Positions 1 through 9,657 of a stretch of DNA of 64,000 nucleotides are shown one piece after another; position 1 is the first letter of the stretch, and each line of letters opens with the position of its first letter. Origin of the DNA: Phenylobacterium sp. (lineage in GTDB: Bacteria > Pseudomonadota > Alphaproteobacteria > Caulobacterales > Caulobacteraceae); assembly GCA_040391295.1 (NCBI GenBank), contig JBEBYB010000006.1:16-64015 (forward strand). Reading direction: 5' to 3'. The notes under the pieces are model-generated. The model was given only the letters and a program-made list of their open reading frames with translations. It was not told the DNA's origin and did no database searches. The position numbers and the translations under genes were made by a program.

Positions 1-140
1 AAGAGCCGCCGCGGGTCCCCTCGACCTTCGTCAAGGGCTATAAGAGCATGCAGGTTCTTATCCCGCGCAAGCTTTAGGTCTACGCCCCGGCGCTCGCACC
101 AGGCGCGGAGGGCGTCGTCGCACCCTCCGGCCTCAACAGG

Positions 141-506
141 TCAGCCGCCGGTCTCGTCCACGACGATGGTCACCGTCTTGCCTCGGGACAGCGGCTCCCA
201 TCCGGCCTCGATGGCCGAGGCGATGGCTTTCGCCACGAGTTCCGGGGCGATCTGCGCGGGCTGCAATTGCGGCGTGCCGAACTTGCGCTGCGGGCCTGGC
301 GGAAACTCCATCACGGTTTCACGCTGCCCCTCCTTGTGACGCGCGGCGAGCGCCATGCCGCGCCATTCCGCGGCGTCACTGGACCACTGAGGCTGGCGAT
401 GAAGCCGCCAGACATAGGGCTCGCCGTCGACTTCGATCTCAAATTCGGGGCTATGCTTGGTTCTTGCCATGTTGGGGAGATAACCCGGAGCGCACGACCA
501 AGCCAC
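141..506 (-). CDS. hypothetical small protein (start uncertain: GTG 506 or ATG 470)
   Basis: Only coherent ORF in this stretch. The product (MARTKHSPEFEIEVDGEPYVWRLHR...) has no family I recognise. No convincing SD at either start. Confidence 0.4.
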   Translation of the reverse strand: MAWSCAPGYLPNMARTKHSPEFEIEVDGEPYVWRLHRQPQWSSDAAEWRGMALAARHKEGQRETVMEFPPGPQRKFGTPQLQPAQIAPELVAKAIASAIEAGWEPLSRGKTVTIVVDETGG

Positions 507-665
507 CCTGCCCGCGATCTTCGCGGATGCGGCACGTCAAGCTTCGGATGCGCGTCGGTCCTTCGCGTGAGCCGCCATAGGGTTTTCACCGATCTACAGC
601 GCCGGCTTCCAGGCTCAGTCTCCTCGGTGTCAATGACGCGATAGCGCGCCGACGAGGCAAGGCCC

Positions 666-1553
666 ATGCCCCTGGCTGAACTGGTTCCACTGGCCCTCAA
701 AACCAGCATTTCGGTGCTGGTGTTCACCATCGGTCTTGGGACAGCGCCCAAGGAACTGGCCTACTTCGTTCGCCACCCAGGCCAGTTGCTCCGATCCTTG
801 ATCTCGATGAACCTGGTGATGCCGGTCATCGCGGTGCTGATCGTCATCATTTTCCCGCTGCATCCCGCGGTCGAAATCACCCTGGTGGCCCTGGCGTTCT
901 CGCCGGTGCCGCCGATCCTGCCTCAAAAGCTGGTGAGGGCTGGCGGCGGCCATGCCTATGTCATGGCGCTGCTGTTCTCGGCGGCGCTCTTCTCGCTCAT
1001 CTCGATCCCCGTCGCGAGCGTCATCCTCGACGCGATCTTCCCGGAGAAGATTCGGATTCCGCTCGCCCCCCTGGCGCCGCTGATCCTGAGCACGGTCATC
1101 CTCCCGACCCTCGCCGGAATCCTGGCGCGCGTCATCGCGCCGAAACTGGCCGCTCGCATCGCCGCGCCCTTGGCGGTCGCCGCCACGGTGCTGCTGCTCG
1201 TCGCCGCGGTTCTGATCATCATCAAGGCCGGCCCGATGATCCTCGCCCAGATCGGCAACGGCACGTTCGCGGCCCTGGCAGCCTTCGTGATCGCGGGTCT
1301 GCTGACGGGGCACCTCATCGGCGGTCCGACCGCCGGGGACCGCTCGGTTCTCGCCCTGGCCACCGCCTCCCGGCACCCGGGCATCGCGATCGCGATCGGC
1401 CATCTCGTCCACCCGACCGAGAAGGCCGTTCCAGCCGCCGTCATGCTCTATCTGCTGATCAGCATCGCGATCAGCGTGCCCTATGTCATGTGGCGCAAAC
1501 ACGCATTTGACGAGGCCGCGGCCAAGGCCCCGCAACCGCCCATGGCGTCATGA
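666..1553 (+). CDS. bile acid:Na+ symporter (BASS/SBF-like) family membrane transporter
   Basis: 295-aa polytopic hydrophobic protein. Its helix pattern and length resemble the SBF-like sodium-dependent transporter family. The antisense 301-aa ORF is an Arg/Asp/Gly-rich shadow. Confidence 0.7.
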   Translation: MPLAELVPLALKTSISVLVFTIGLGTAPKELAYFVRHPGQLLRSLISMNLVMPVIAVLIVIIFPLHPAVEITLVALAFSPVPPILPQKLVRAGGGHAYVMALLFSAALFSLISIPVASVILDAIFPEKIRIPLAPLAPLILSTVILPTLAGILARVIAPKLAARIAAPLAVAATVLLLVAAVLIIIKAGPMILAQIGNGTFAALAAFVIAGLLTGHLIGGPTAGDRSVLALATASRHPGIAIAIGHLVHPTEKAVPAAVMLYLLISIAISVPYVMWRKHAFDEAAAKAPQPPMAS

Positions 1554-1582
1554 GGGTTCACCCACCCTGGGGAACCCTCATG
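1549..1582. terminator. strong hairpin between convergent genes (bidirectional terminator candidate)
   Basis: CATGAGGGTTC (1549-1559) pairs with GAACCCTCATG (1572-1582), with an inner CCC/GGG extension. It lies between the stops at 1553 (+) and 1590 (-). No clear U-tract. Confidence 0.45.
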
Positions 1583-1589
1583 GCAGCCA

Positions 1590-3398
1590 TCAGCGGAAGG
1601 CCAGACCTTCGAAGTCGCCCGACGTCCGCCAGGCTTCGAGGTATTTGAAATAGGCCGTCGCCCCGGCCGGGTAGCCGACATTCAATCGCGCGGCCGGGCC
1701 AGGATCCTGACCCTCGTTGTTGTAGTAGCCCGGCGTGCAGTCCGGCGCGCCGGTCATGCGGCCCGGCGCCGTCAGCAGCAATTGAACCCAGGCCTCCTGG
1801 GCCTCCGGCGTCACCTCGACCTGGCGCGCGCCGGCGTCCAGCGCGTGCTTGATCGTCACGGCGATGGTCCTGCCCGCCTCGGTCAGGTTGTGCGGCACGT
1901 TGGAGATCAGGTTCGCGCCCTGGGTCGGCTGGACGAAGAAGGCGTTCGGGAAGCCGTGAACATGGATGCCATGCTTGGAGCGCATACCCTCGGCCCAGGC
2001 GTCGGTGAGCGTCAGGCCGTCGCGGCCGGTCAGTTCGAAACCCGCCCGGCGCTTGTACTCGGTCCCGACCTCGAAGCCCGAGGCGTAGATGATGCAGTCG
2101 ACCTCGTACTCGACGCCGCCGACGACGATCCCTTTTTCAGTGATCTTCTCGACGCCCTGCCCGTCGGTGTCGACCAGTTGGGTTCCGGGGGTGTTGAAAG
2201 CCTGCAGGTAGGCGTCGTGGAAGCATGGCCGCTTGCAGAGCTGGCGATACCAGGCCTTCAGCTTCTGGGCCGCCTCGTCATCCTCGACGATGGCGTCCAC
2301 GCGGGCGCGGATCTCCTCCATCTTCTCGAAGTCGGAATCCTCATAAGCCGCCAGCATCTTCTGGGGGGTCAGGCCCTCCCGCGGCAGTTGCGAGATCTTG
2401 GCGCGGATCCGCCGGGAAAGATCGGTCCAGCCGTCCTGGACCAAGTCCACCTCGGCATTGCCGCCCGCCTGGTTGGCGGTGAAGTTCTCGAGCCAGCGCT
2501 GCTGCCAGCCGGGCGTCGCGACGCCCGCGAACCAGTCGGGATCGATCGGCGCATTGGCGCGCACATCGACCGAGGACGGGGTCCGCTGCACCACGTAGAG
2601 CGCCTGGCAGGCCTTGGCCAGGTGAGGCACGGCCTGGACCGAGGTGGCGCCGGTGCCGATGATCGCCACCCGCTTGTCGGCGAGCTTCTCCATAAGCGCG
2701 CCCTTGGGGTCGCCGCCGGTGTAGTCGTAGTCCCAACGGCTGGTGTGGAACGAGTGACCCTTGAAGGACTCGATGCCCGGAATGCCCGGCAGCTTGGGCA
2801 CGTGCAACGGGCCGGTTCCCAGGCCGATGAAGCTGGCGGTGAACCGGTCGCCGCGATTGGTCGAGATCACCCAGCGGGATTTGGCCTCGTCCCAGCTCAG
2901 GTCCTGGACCTCGGTATGGAAGAGGGCGTTTTCATAGAGGCCGTATTGCGTACCGATCCGCTGGCACTGCGCCAGGATCTCCGGCGCGTGCGCGTACTTC
3001 TCGGTCGGCATGTGCCCGGTTTCTTCGAGCAGCGGCATGTAGATCATCGAGGCGGTGTCGCACTGGGCGCCTGGATAGCGGTTCCAGTACCAGGTGCCGC
3101 CGAAGTCGCCGCCCTTTTCGATGATCCGAACGTCGGTCACCCCGGCCTCGACCAGCCGTGCGCCGGTGACGAGGCCCGCAAACCCGCCGCCGATAAAGGC
3201 GAAGGTGACATGATCGGTCTTCGGCTCGCGCTCGACCAGCGGCGTGTAAGGATCGTCGAGGTAATGGGCCAGCCGACCCTTCACTTCGAGATACTGCGCA
3301 TTGCCATCGGTCCGGAGCCGCTTGTCGCGCTCCTCGATGTATTTGGCGAGCAGCGCCTTCTTGTCGATCGGCGGCTTAACAGCCTCGGTCGTCGTCAT
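1590..3398 (-). CDS. Baeyer-Villiger (flavin-containing) monooxygenase
   Basis: 602 aa. Contains an N-terminal GGGFAGL Rossmann motif, GGTWYWNRYPG, the BVMO fingerprint FKGHSFHTSRWD (FxGxxxHxxxW[P/D]) and a second dinucleotide motif IIGTGATSVQ. Confidence 0.9.
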   Translation of the reverse strand: MTTTEAVKPPIDKKALLAKYIEERDKRLRTDGNAQYLEVKGRLAHYLDDPYTPLVEREPKTDHVTFAFIGGGFAGLVTGARLVEAGVTDVRIIEKGGDFGGTWYWNRYPGAQCDTASMIYMPLLEETGHMPTEKYAHAPEILAQCQRIGTQYGLYENALFHTEVQDLSWDEAKSRWVISTNRGDRFTASFIGLGTGPLHVPKLPGIPGIESFKGHSFHTSRWDYDYTGGDPKGALMEKLADKRVAIIGTGATSVQAVPHLAKACQALYVVQRTPSSVDVRANAPIDPDWFAGVATPGWQQRWLENFTANQAGGNAEVDLVQDGWTDLSRRIRAKISQLPREGLTPQKMLAAYEDSDFEKMEEIRARVDAIVEDDEAAQKLKAWYRQLCKRPCFHDAYLQAFNTPGTQLVDTDGQGVEKITEKGIVVGGVEYEVDCIIYASGFEVGTEYKRRAGFELTGRDGLTLTDAWAEGMRSKHGIHVHGFPNAFFVQPTQGANLISNVPHNLTEAGRTIAVTIKHALDAGARQVEVTPEAQEAWVQLLLTAPGRMTGAPDCTPGYYNNEGQDPGPAARLNVGYPAGATAYFKYLEAWRTSGDFEGLAFR

Positions 3399-3526
3399 TC
3401 AAAAGACCTCAATCAAATGGAGAGGTCCAAACTGGCGCCCTCTCGTCCGTCGCAACAATAATTCGAAGTTATAGTATGGAGCACCGCAGCGCCACTGGTC
3501 TGGCGAACGCTGCGGCCTTCGTATGT

Positions 3527-4690
3527 TCAGGTTCGCGTCAGGCCCGCCGCCCGCAGGTCGGCGATGGTCGGATAACCGTCGACGGCCATCAGCAGATCGG
3601 CCTCGGCCAGGATGCTCTTCAGCACATGGGCCACGCCGTCCGCGCCGCCCAGCGCCATGCCATAGGCGTAGGGGCGCCCGATGCCGACCGCGGCGGCTCC
3701 CAGGGCCAGGGCCTTAACGACATCGCTGCCGGACCGCACCCCGGAATCAAAGAGCACGGGTGTACTGCCTGAGGCCTCGACCACCCCGCCCAGCATATCA
3801 ATCGCCGCCAGGCCGCCATTGGCCTGGCGCCCGCCGTGGTTGGAGCAATAGATGCCGTCCACCCCGCCATCGACGGCCCGCCGCGCGTCGTCGGGATGGC
3901 AAATGCCCTTCAGGATCAACGGCAGTTTGGTCAGGGAGCGCAGCCAAGGGAGGTCGGCCCAGGTCAGCGGCTTGCCGAAGATCCGGCCCCATTGGCCGAC
4001 GGCGGCTGCGCCGTCTTCCTCAGGCAGCTTGGCCAGCAGCGAGCGGAAATGCGGATCTGAGAAGTAATTGGCGAGCGCGTGGCCGCGCAGCTGCGGGAAG
4101 TTGGCGTCGTTGAGATCGCGCGGCCGCCAACCGGTGACCCAGGTGTCGAGGGTGACGACGATGCCCTTGAAACCCGACGCCTCGGCGCGGCGCACCAGGC
4201 TCTCGGCCAGGTCCTTGTCCTTCGGGGTATAGAGCTGGAAGAAGCCCGGCGTGTCGCCCATCGCCGCGGCGACGTCTTCCATCGGATCATTGGTCAGGGT
4301 CGAGGCCACCATCGGCACGCCGGTGGCCGCCGCCGCCCGGGCCGTGGCGATGTCGCCATGGCCGTCCTGGGCGCAGAGCCCGATCACCCCGATCGGCGCC
4401 ATGAAGATCGGGCTCGGCAACTTGAGGCCGAAGAGTTCGACGGAGAGGTCGCGCGTCGTGCAGTCGACCATCATCCGCGGGGTCAGGCCCAGGCGCTTGA
4501 AAGCCTCGGCGTTGTGGTCCTGGGTGAACTCGTCGCCGCATCCGCCCTGGACGTAAGACAGCACCGACGGCGGCATGGCGGCGGTCGCCCGCTGCTCCAG
4601 GGTCTTGAAGTCGACCGGCAGGTTCGGCCGCACGCCTTGCAGGCCCTTGAAGTAGATTTCGTTCTGATACGAACCGAAGTCGGGCATCAA
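3527..4690 (-). CDS. FMN-dependent alpha-hydroxy-acid oxidising enzyme, lactate 2-monooxygenase-like
   Basis: 387 aa. The N-terminus ([10 protein letters not shown]...[13 protein letters not shown]) closely resembles my recollection of mycobacterial lactate 2-monooxygenase. Carries the SNHGGRQ active-site motif. Confidence 0.88.
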   Translation of the reverse strand: MMPDFGSYQNEIYFKGLQGVRPNLPVDFKTLEQRATAAMPPSVLSYVQGGCGDEFTQDHNAEAFKRLGLTPRMMVDCTTRDLSVELFGLKLPSPIFMAPIGVIGLCAQDGHGDIATARAAAATGVPMVASTLTNDPMEDVAAAMGDTPGFFQLYTPKDKDLAESLVRRAEASGFKGIVVTLDTWVTGWRPRDLNDANFPQLRGHALANYFSDPHFRSLLAKLPEEDGAAAVGQWGRIFGKPLTWADLPWLRSLTKLPLILKGICHPDDARRAVDGGVDGIYCSNHGGRQANGGLAAIDMLGGVVEASGSTPVLFDSGVRSGSDVVKALALGAAAVGIGRPYAYGMALGGADGVAHVLKSILAEADLLMAVDGYPTIADLRAAGLTRT

Positions 4691-4724
4691 ACTCTCTTTC
4701 GAAGCAGCGTGGGATCGTCGGCGG

Positions 4725-5513
4725 CTAGTCGCGGAAGCTGGGGTCGATCCGGTCGAGTTTGCGCAGCAAGGCCGGCCAGGCGAGACCTTCGGCCAGACGC
4801 TTCATGCCCGGCGCGGCGGTCTGGCTTTCGACCTTTTCGGCCACGCCCTGGTTCGGTTCATGCAGGCCGGCGCGGCCGGCGCTGAGCATCAGGACCTGCG
4901 CCTCGCAGGCGCGCTCCAGATAGTACATGCGCAGGAAGGCCTGGGCGACGCTCTCGCCGACCGTCAGGGTTCCGTGGTTGCGCAGGATCATTGCGTTCTT
5001 GGTCCCGAGATCGGCGACCAGGCGCTCGCGCTCGTCCAGGTCCGTCGCGATGCCCTCGAAGTCATGATAGGCGACGTCGTGCATCGCGATCATGGCCGTC
5101 TGGGTATGAGGCAGCAACCCCTCGGCCATGGCCGAAACCGCCTGGCCGTGCGGCGTATGCAGGTGCAGCACGGCATGGGCGTCGTCGCGGCCCATATGGA
5201 CCGCCGAATGGATCACGAAGCCGGCCTTGTTCACCGGCTGGCGGACATCCATCACCCGGTTGCCCTCCACATCGATCTTCACCAGCGACGAGGCGGTGAT
5301 CTCATCGAACATGTGGGTGTAGGGATTGATCAGGAAATGGTGCTCAGGTCCGGGCACGCGGGCCGAGAGATGCGTGAAGATCAGGTCGTCCCAGCCATAG
5401 TAGGCGACCAGACGGTAGGCGGCGGCGAGATCGACGCGCAGCGCCCACTCATCTTCCGACACCTGCTCTCGGATCGTCGGGCCGCTGGTCGCAATCGCGC
5501 TCATCGCATTCAT
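4725..5513 (-). CDS. class II aldolase/adducin family protein
   Basis: The start was moved to ATG 5513, which has GGAGA 6 nt upstream on the minus strand. His-rich metal site HSAVHMG...HLHTPHG. Family-typical length of about 260 aa. Confidence 0.85.
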   Translation of the reverse strand: MNAMSAIATSGPTIREQVSEDEWALRVDLAAAYRLVAYYGWDDLIFTHLSARVPGPEHHFLINPYTHMFDEITASSLVKIDVEGNRVMDVRQPVNKAGFVIHSAVHMGRDDAHAVLHLHTPHGQAVSAMAEGLLPHTQTAMIAMHDVAYHDFEGIATDLDERERLVADLGTKNAMILRNHGTLTVGESVAQAFLRMYYLERACEAQVLMLSAGRAGLHEPNQGVAEKVESQTAAPGMKRLAEGLAWPALLRKLDRIDPSFRD

Positions 5514-5559
5514 GGCTCGTCTCCAGGTTAGACGTGGATCGTGGCACGCGACCGGGAGC

Positions 5560-5585
5560 AAGATTGTCGCCTAATTGACAATCTT
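5560..5585. promoter_or_regulatory. perfect inverted repeat AAGATTGTC-N8-GACAATCTT (candidate Crp/Fnr-family operator)
   Basis: 9/9 complementary arms at 5560-5568 and 5577-5585. It sits in the 83-bp divergent spacer between the aldolase start (5513) and the crp-family start (5597). Confidence 0.5.
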
Positions 5586-5596
5586 CGCCTGCCAGG

Positions 5597-6274
5597 ATGA
5601 TTGGCCAGATGACGACTGCCCCGCATCCGGCTCCAGACGCCCCTCCCTGGTTTTCCACGCTTCACGTGGCGCGCCAAGCCGCATTGCTGGAGCGTGCGCG
5701 GCCCAGCACCGTTCAGGCCGGGGCGCGTGTCTACGGTCTGGGCGACCCGCCCGATGGCCTCTGGAGCGTGGTCGAAGGCGAGGTGCGCCTGGTTTCCTAC
5801 CCGGCGATCGGCCTGGAGTCGGTGGCCATGATCGTAGGGCCAGGTTCATGGTTCGGGGAACTGTCCGTCGTCGACGGCGGCCCGCGCCCGCACGACGCGG
5901 TGGCGGTGCGTCCCACGCGCCTGTTACACGTTCCCCTCGCCGCCTTCGAACATCTCGCCAAAGTCCATCCCCTCCTCTATCGCGACCTTGGCGTACTGGT
6001 TTGCGGACGACAACGCGCGGCCCTCACCTTCATGGCCCAGAGCATCGCCCAGCCGGTGTCCGTGCGGTTGGCCCGCGTCCTTGGCGCCGCCGCGCGGGCG
6101 GCGGGCCCCGACGCCTTGCGGATGCGGCAAGAGGACCTTGCCGCCATGATCGGGGTGTCGCGCCAGACCATCAATAAGGAACTCAAGCGCTTGGAACGCG
6201 CCGGGATGGTCGAGCTTTCCTACGGCAAGATCGCCGTGCGCGAACCCCAGGCGCTCCGCGCGATCGGTCAGTGA
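5597..6274 (+). CDS. Crp/Fnr family transcriptional regulator
   Basis: 225 aa. cNMP-binding-type beta-roll (GSWFGELSVVDGGPRPHDAVA) and a C-terminal HTH (RQEDLAAMIGVSRQTINKELKRLERAG). Confidence 0.85.
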   Translation: MIGQMTTAPHPAPDAPPWFSTLHVARQAALLERARPSTVQAGARVYGLGDPPDGLWSVVEGEVRLVSYPAIGLESVAMIVGPGSWFGELSVVDGGPRPHDAVAVRPTRLLHVPLAAFEHLAKVHPLLYRDLGVLVCGRQRAALTFMAQSIAQPVSVRLARVLGAAARAAGPDALRMRQEDLAAMIGVSRQTINKELKRLERAGMVELSYGKIAVREPQALRAIGQ

Positions 6275-7128
6275 GACGCAACCGCCGCCTTGGCGTCCGC
6301 GGCGAGATAGCGATCGAACACGGCCGGCGGCTGGGTTTTGAACGAGGCCTTTAGCTGCTCCATCGGCGTCTGCGCTTCACGCACCCCGCCCTTGTTCGGG
6401 CGGTCGATGTCGAGAATGAGCAGCAGCGAGAGCGTCAACAGGGCCAACATGAAGGCGGCCGCGCCCCGGCCGCGGTTTCCGACAAAGACGTATCCGAGCA
6501 CGCCCGCGGTCACGATCAGATAGACAAACAAGACGAAGAACACCTCGGCCGGGACGCGGGCCAGGCGGGCGGTTTTCCGGGCGGCGTCCAGGTCGATGAC
6601 GTTGTTCACGCTGTCCACGAAGGTACTGGAGAAATCCAGGTCCTTGATGGTCACGAAGGCCGAGGCGGTGGCCGCCCAGAGGTCAGTGAGCATCCGGTCG
6701 TTCGCGGCCAACAGCGGCGGAACACGATCGGGCGGCGCCTGGCCCAACAAGATCCGATTATCGGTATAGTTCACCAGCAGACGGCCTATCCGCGTGCGGT
6801 GCGGTTCCTGGAGCAACTGGGCTCGCAGATAGGCGGTGCCGATCGCATTGGCCTCCTCCAGCACCAGCGCGCGTCGCATCTCGAACCGGTCGACCGCCAG
6901 CGAGAAGGTGAAGCCCATCAGCAGGGCGAGCAGGCCCAGAACCGCAGAGACGACATAGCCTTCCAAGCCGCCCTCGCCTCCCCTGGACCCCGAAGGGTCG
7001 CGGCGATCATTCCAGCTCCGCAACGCGATCCCGCCGGCCACAGCCAAGGTCATCAGGATCAAAATCCCGCCGCCCAACAGCAGGAGCGGCGAGTTGTTCA
7101 ACCAGTCGTGCAGGGTGTGCCAAACCAT
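6268..7128 (-). CDS. DUF4239-like (bestrophin-like) membrane protein
   Basis: Start set at ATG 7128 because GGAGG lies 5 nt upstream; the upstream ATG 7140 supplies that SD. TM helices at both ends flank a soluble helical middle, which matches my memory of DUF4239. Confidence 0.65.
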   Translation of the reverse strand: MVWHTLHDWLNNSPLLLLGGGILILMTLAVAGGIALRSWNDRRDPSGSRGGEGGLEGYVVSAVLGLLALLMGFTFSLAVDRFEMRRALVLEEANAIGTAYLRAQLLQEPHRTRIGRLLVNYTDNRILLGQAPPDRVPPLLAANDRMLTDLWAATASAFVTIKDLDFSSTFVDSVNNVIDLDAARKTARLARVPAEVFFVLFVYLIVTAGVLGYVFVGNRGRGAAAFMLALLTLSLLLILDIDRPNKGGVREAQTPMEQLKASFKTQPPAVFDRYLAADAKAAVASH

Positions 7129-7411
7129 GGGAGCCTCCATGGTCAGGCTCCGGCGACGCCGCCCGGCGGTACATCGGTAAAAACCCCTAGGCCCGAAGCG
7201 AAATGCCCGGCGTTGGCGCTTGAGTCCCCCGATTGACGGCAGAGATAATTGAGGCCCAACCTTCAGAGCAGCAGCGTACCGGGCGTGCCCTCTGGTTGGA
7301 GAGATACATTGCTCTTCAGTATCGCCGACATCCTCGTCGCTCTACCTCAGACCGCGCCCGGCCCGACGGCGCAATTTGCAATACAGCAACGCTAGGCGAG
7401 GGCCCCACGCT

Positions 7412-8530
7412 ATGGGGAATATCCCCGACTTAGCGGACGAACAGACACCAGACAGCCCGCCCCCGCCGGCAGCGAACCCTATCCGCCGCCTGACCTTCAT
7501 CGTGCTGGCGTTCGGCGCCGCCCTGTTCGTCTACAGCCTGTTTGCCGACCGCCTGACCCCCTACACCGACCAGGCGACCGTGCAGGCCTATGTCGTTCGC
7601 CTCGCCCCGGACATCAGTGGCCGGGTCAAGAGCGTGAACATCGCCGACAATCAGGCCGCCAAGCCGGGCCAGGTTCTCTTCACCCTCGACCCGGAACGCT
7701 ACCAGATCGCGGTGGAGTCCGCCGAAGCCCAACTCGCGACCGCCGGCCTCAATGTCGGCGCCTCGACCGCCGGGCTAGCGGCCAGCGAGGCCGCCCTCGC
7801 GCAAGCGCAAGCCAATCTCGCCAACGCCCGCCGGCAGAGCAAGCGAACCTTCGATCTCGTCAAAAGGGGCTTCCAAACCAGATCCCAAAGCGACCAGGCC
7901 CAGGCCACCCTCGGCACGGCGATCGCCAGCGCCGATCAAGCCTTGGCCGAGGTCGAGCGAGCCCGGCAGAGCCTCGGCCCTCGCGGAGCCGCCAATCCGC
8001 AGGTGCGACAAGCCCAGGCGACGCTCCGCAAGGCGCGGCGCGATCTGGCCGACACCGTCGTTCGGGCGCCCTCGGACGGCGTCATCACCAATCGGCAGCT
8101 CGCCACCGGCCAGTATGTGAGCGCCGGCCAGCCGGTGATGACCTTCTTCGACAGCGGGGCCATCTGGGTCGACTCCGAGATGGAGGAAAATGCGCTTGAA
8201 CACATCAAGGTGGGCGATCCGGTGGGCATCGCCCTCGATATCCGGCCGGGCCGTGTCTATCGCGGCAAGGTCGAGAGTATCGGATGGGGCGTCGACAGCC
8301 AGGAGGTCGACTCGCAGACCGGCCTGCCGACGATCAGGAACGATTCGGGTTGGGTTCGCGAACCCCAGAGGTTCGCGGTGCGCGTTCGCTTCGATCCCGA
8401 CGATCGGCCCAAGGGGATACGGGTCGGCTCTCAGGCCAATGTCGTCGTCTACACCGGCGCCAGCCCCCTGACCGACGCCATCGGACGGCTTTGGATCGGC
8501 GTGGTGTCCTATCTCAGCTACCTGACCTGA
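7412..8530 (+). CDS. HlyD-family periplasmic adaptor (membrane fusion protein)
   Basis: N-terminal TM anchor, a long Ala/Gln-rich coiled coil and C-terminal beta-barrel segments. AaeA/EmrA-like architecture. Confidence 0.85.
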   Translation: MGNIPDLADEQTPDSPPPPAANPIRRLTFIVLAFGAALFVYSLFADRLTPYTDQATVQAYVVRLAPDISGRVKSVNIADNQAAKPGQVLFTLDPERYQIAVESAEAQLATAGLNVGASTAGLAASEAALAQAQANLANARRQSKRTFDLVKRGFQTRSQSDQAQATLGTAIASADQALAEVERARQSLGPRGAANPQVRQAQATLRKARRDLADTVVRAPSDGVITNRQLATGQYVSAGQPVMTFFDSGAIWVDSEMEENALEHIKVGDPVGIALDIRPGRVYRGKVESIGWGVDSQEVDSQTGLPTIRNDSGWVREPQRFAVRVRFDPDDRPKGIRVGSQANVVVYTGASPLTDAIGRLWIGVVSYLSYLT

Positions 8531-8531
8531 G

Positions 8532-9563
8532 ATGATAAAGGCGCCCGATCTCAGGCGCGCAGGCAGCCTCACGGCGGCGGATCGAATGGTGCTGCGCCTA
8601 GCCTTCGCAGCGACGTTCGGCTTCGCCATCGCCGCGCTGCGCGATTGGGAGTTCAGCTTCCTCGCCCCGATGCTGGCGGTCCAGATCCTGGCCGCGACCT
8701 CGGCATGTCCCAGCTTCCGGCAGGGAGCGACCATCCCGCTGGTGATTTTCCTCGCCACCAGCATCGCGCTCGGCGTCTCGACCTTGCTGATGGGGGCGCC
8801 GGTCGTGCTGCTCGCCGTGGTCGGCCTCGTGATCTGCTGGACCTTCTATGGTCAAAGGCGAGGCGCACCGGCGATCGTGGTGCTGCTGATCCAGATCGCC
8901 TTCTGCTGCGTGCCGTTGATCTCGACCATATCGCTCGATATCGCGCGGGACTTCTCCGACTTCCTGCTCTGGAGCAGCATCGCGGCGATCTTCACGGTGT
9001 GGGTCGCCTATGCGCTGTTTCCGGCGCCGCCCGGCGCCCAAGCGGCCGGCGCCCCCGCGCCGACGGCCCTACCTCCTGCTCGCGCCGCCCAGGTGGCCGT
9101 CTCCGACGCCTTCGTCCTTCTTCCCCTGCTGGTGACGTTCATCGTCCGGGGCGACATCAACAACATCGTCATCCTGATGATCACGATCAATCTGCTGCGC
9201 GAGATCGAACTCGTCGGCAGTCGCCGTCTGGCGCTCGCCATCCTGCTGGCCAACCTGTTGGGCGGCGTGCTGGCGGTCCTCGCCCATCAGTTCATCCTGC
9301 TATCCGGCAGCCTTTTGCTCTTCCTTCTGACCGTATTGCTAGCCGGGCTGTGGTTCGGCGGTCGACTGGTTCGCGGCGGGGCGACGGCGCCGGTCTATGC
9401 CCTGGCGTTCGGAACCTTCCTGCTTATTCTGGGCCTTGCGATCACCCCTCTGCCCGGCGGCTCCGACGAACTGTTCACGGTTCGAATGTCGAAGATTGTC
9501 CTGGCCAGCCTCTACGCTATCGGCGCGCTCAGCCTGGTGGCCCGGCTACGCCTGCGACTCTAG
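8532..9563 (+). CDS. DUF2955 / FUSC(AaeB)-like inner-membrane protein
   Basis: 343-aa polytopic protein starting 1 nt after the HlyD stop. The pairing with an HlyD gene is typical of the DUF2955 family as I recall it. Confidence 0.65.
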   Translation: MIKAPDLRRAGSLTAADRMVLRLAFAATFGFAIAALRDWEFSFLAPMLAVQILAATSACPSFRQGATIPLVIFLATSIALGVSTLLMGAPVVLLAVVGLVICWTFYGQRRGAPAIVVLLIQIAFCCVPLISTISLDIARDFSDFLLWSSIAAIFTVWVAYALFPAPPGAQAAGAPAPTALPPARAAQVAVSDAFVLLPLLVTFIVRGDINNIVILMITINLLREIELVGSRRLALAILLANLLGGVLAVLAHQFILLSGSLLLFLLTVLLAGLWFGGRLVRGGATAPVYALAFGTFLLILGLAITPLPGGSDELFTVRMSKIVLASLYAIGALSLVARLRLRL

Positions 9564-9640
9564 CCCGCACTGGAGATCCCGAGCGGGCTAGGACGTGGGC
9601 GCGGCCGCCGACGCGACGCTCCGAACCGATCCAGGCCGGT

Positions 9641-9657
9641 CCTTATAACTGCCTTAT
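9641..9657 (+). promoter_or_regulatory. direct repeat CCTTAT-N5-CCTTAT (candidate KdpE/OmpR-family box)
   Basis: CCTTAT occurs at 9641-9646 and 9652-9657 (11-bp phasing), about 90 bp upstream of the first kdp-operon ORF. Confidence 0.3.

Noticed and set aside
3-77. Possible 3' end of a plus-strand gene entering from the left (...EPPRVPSTFVKGYKSMQVLIPRKL*).
   Set aside because: Only 24 codons are visible and there is no recognisable motif. This cannot be told apart from chance.
1782-3461. 559-aa plus-strand ORF. Similar long ORFs occur at 630-1535(-), 11429-13510(-), 14017-15138(-), 21111-22814(+), 23062-24261(-), 25485-26714(-), 39783-41696(+), 46908-48338(+), 57589-59118(+), 60074-61174(-) and 61206-62798(+).
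   Set aside because: Each lies antisense to, or out of frame with, a gene of unmistakable family identity. Their translations are Arg/Gly/Ala/Pro/Asp-rich low-complexity sequence, typical of shadow ORFs in ~67% GC DNA. None is supported as a gene.
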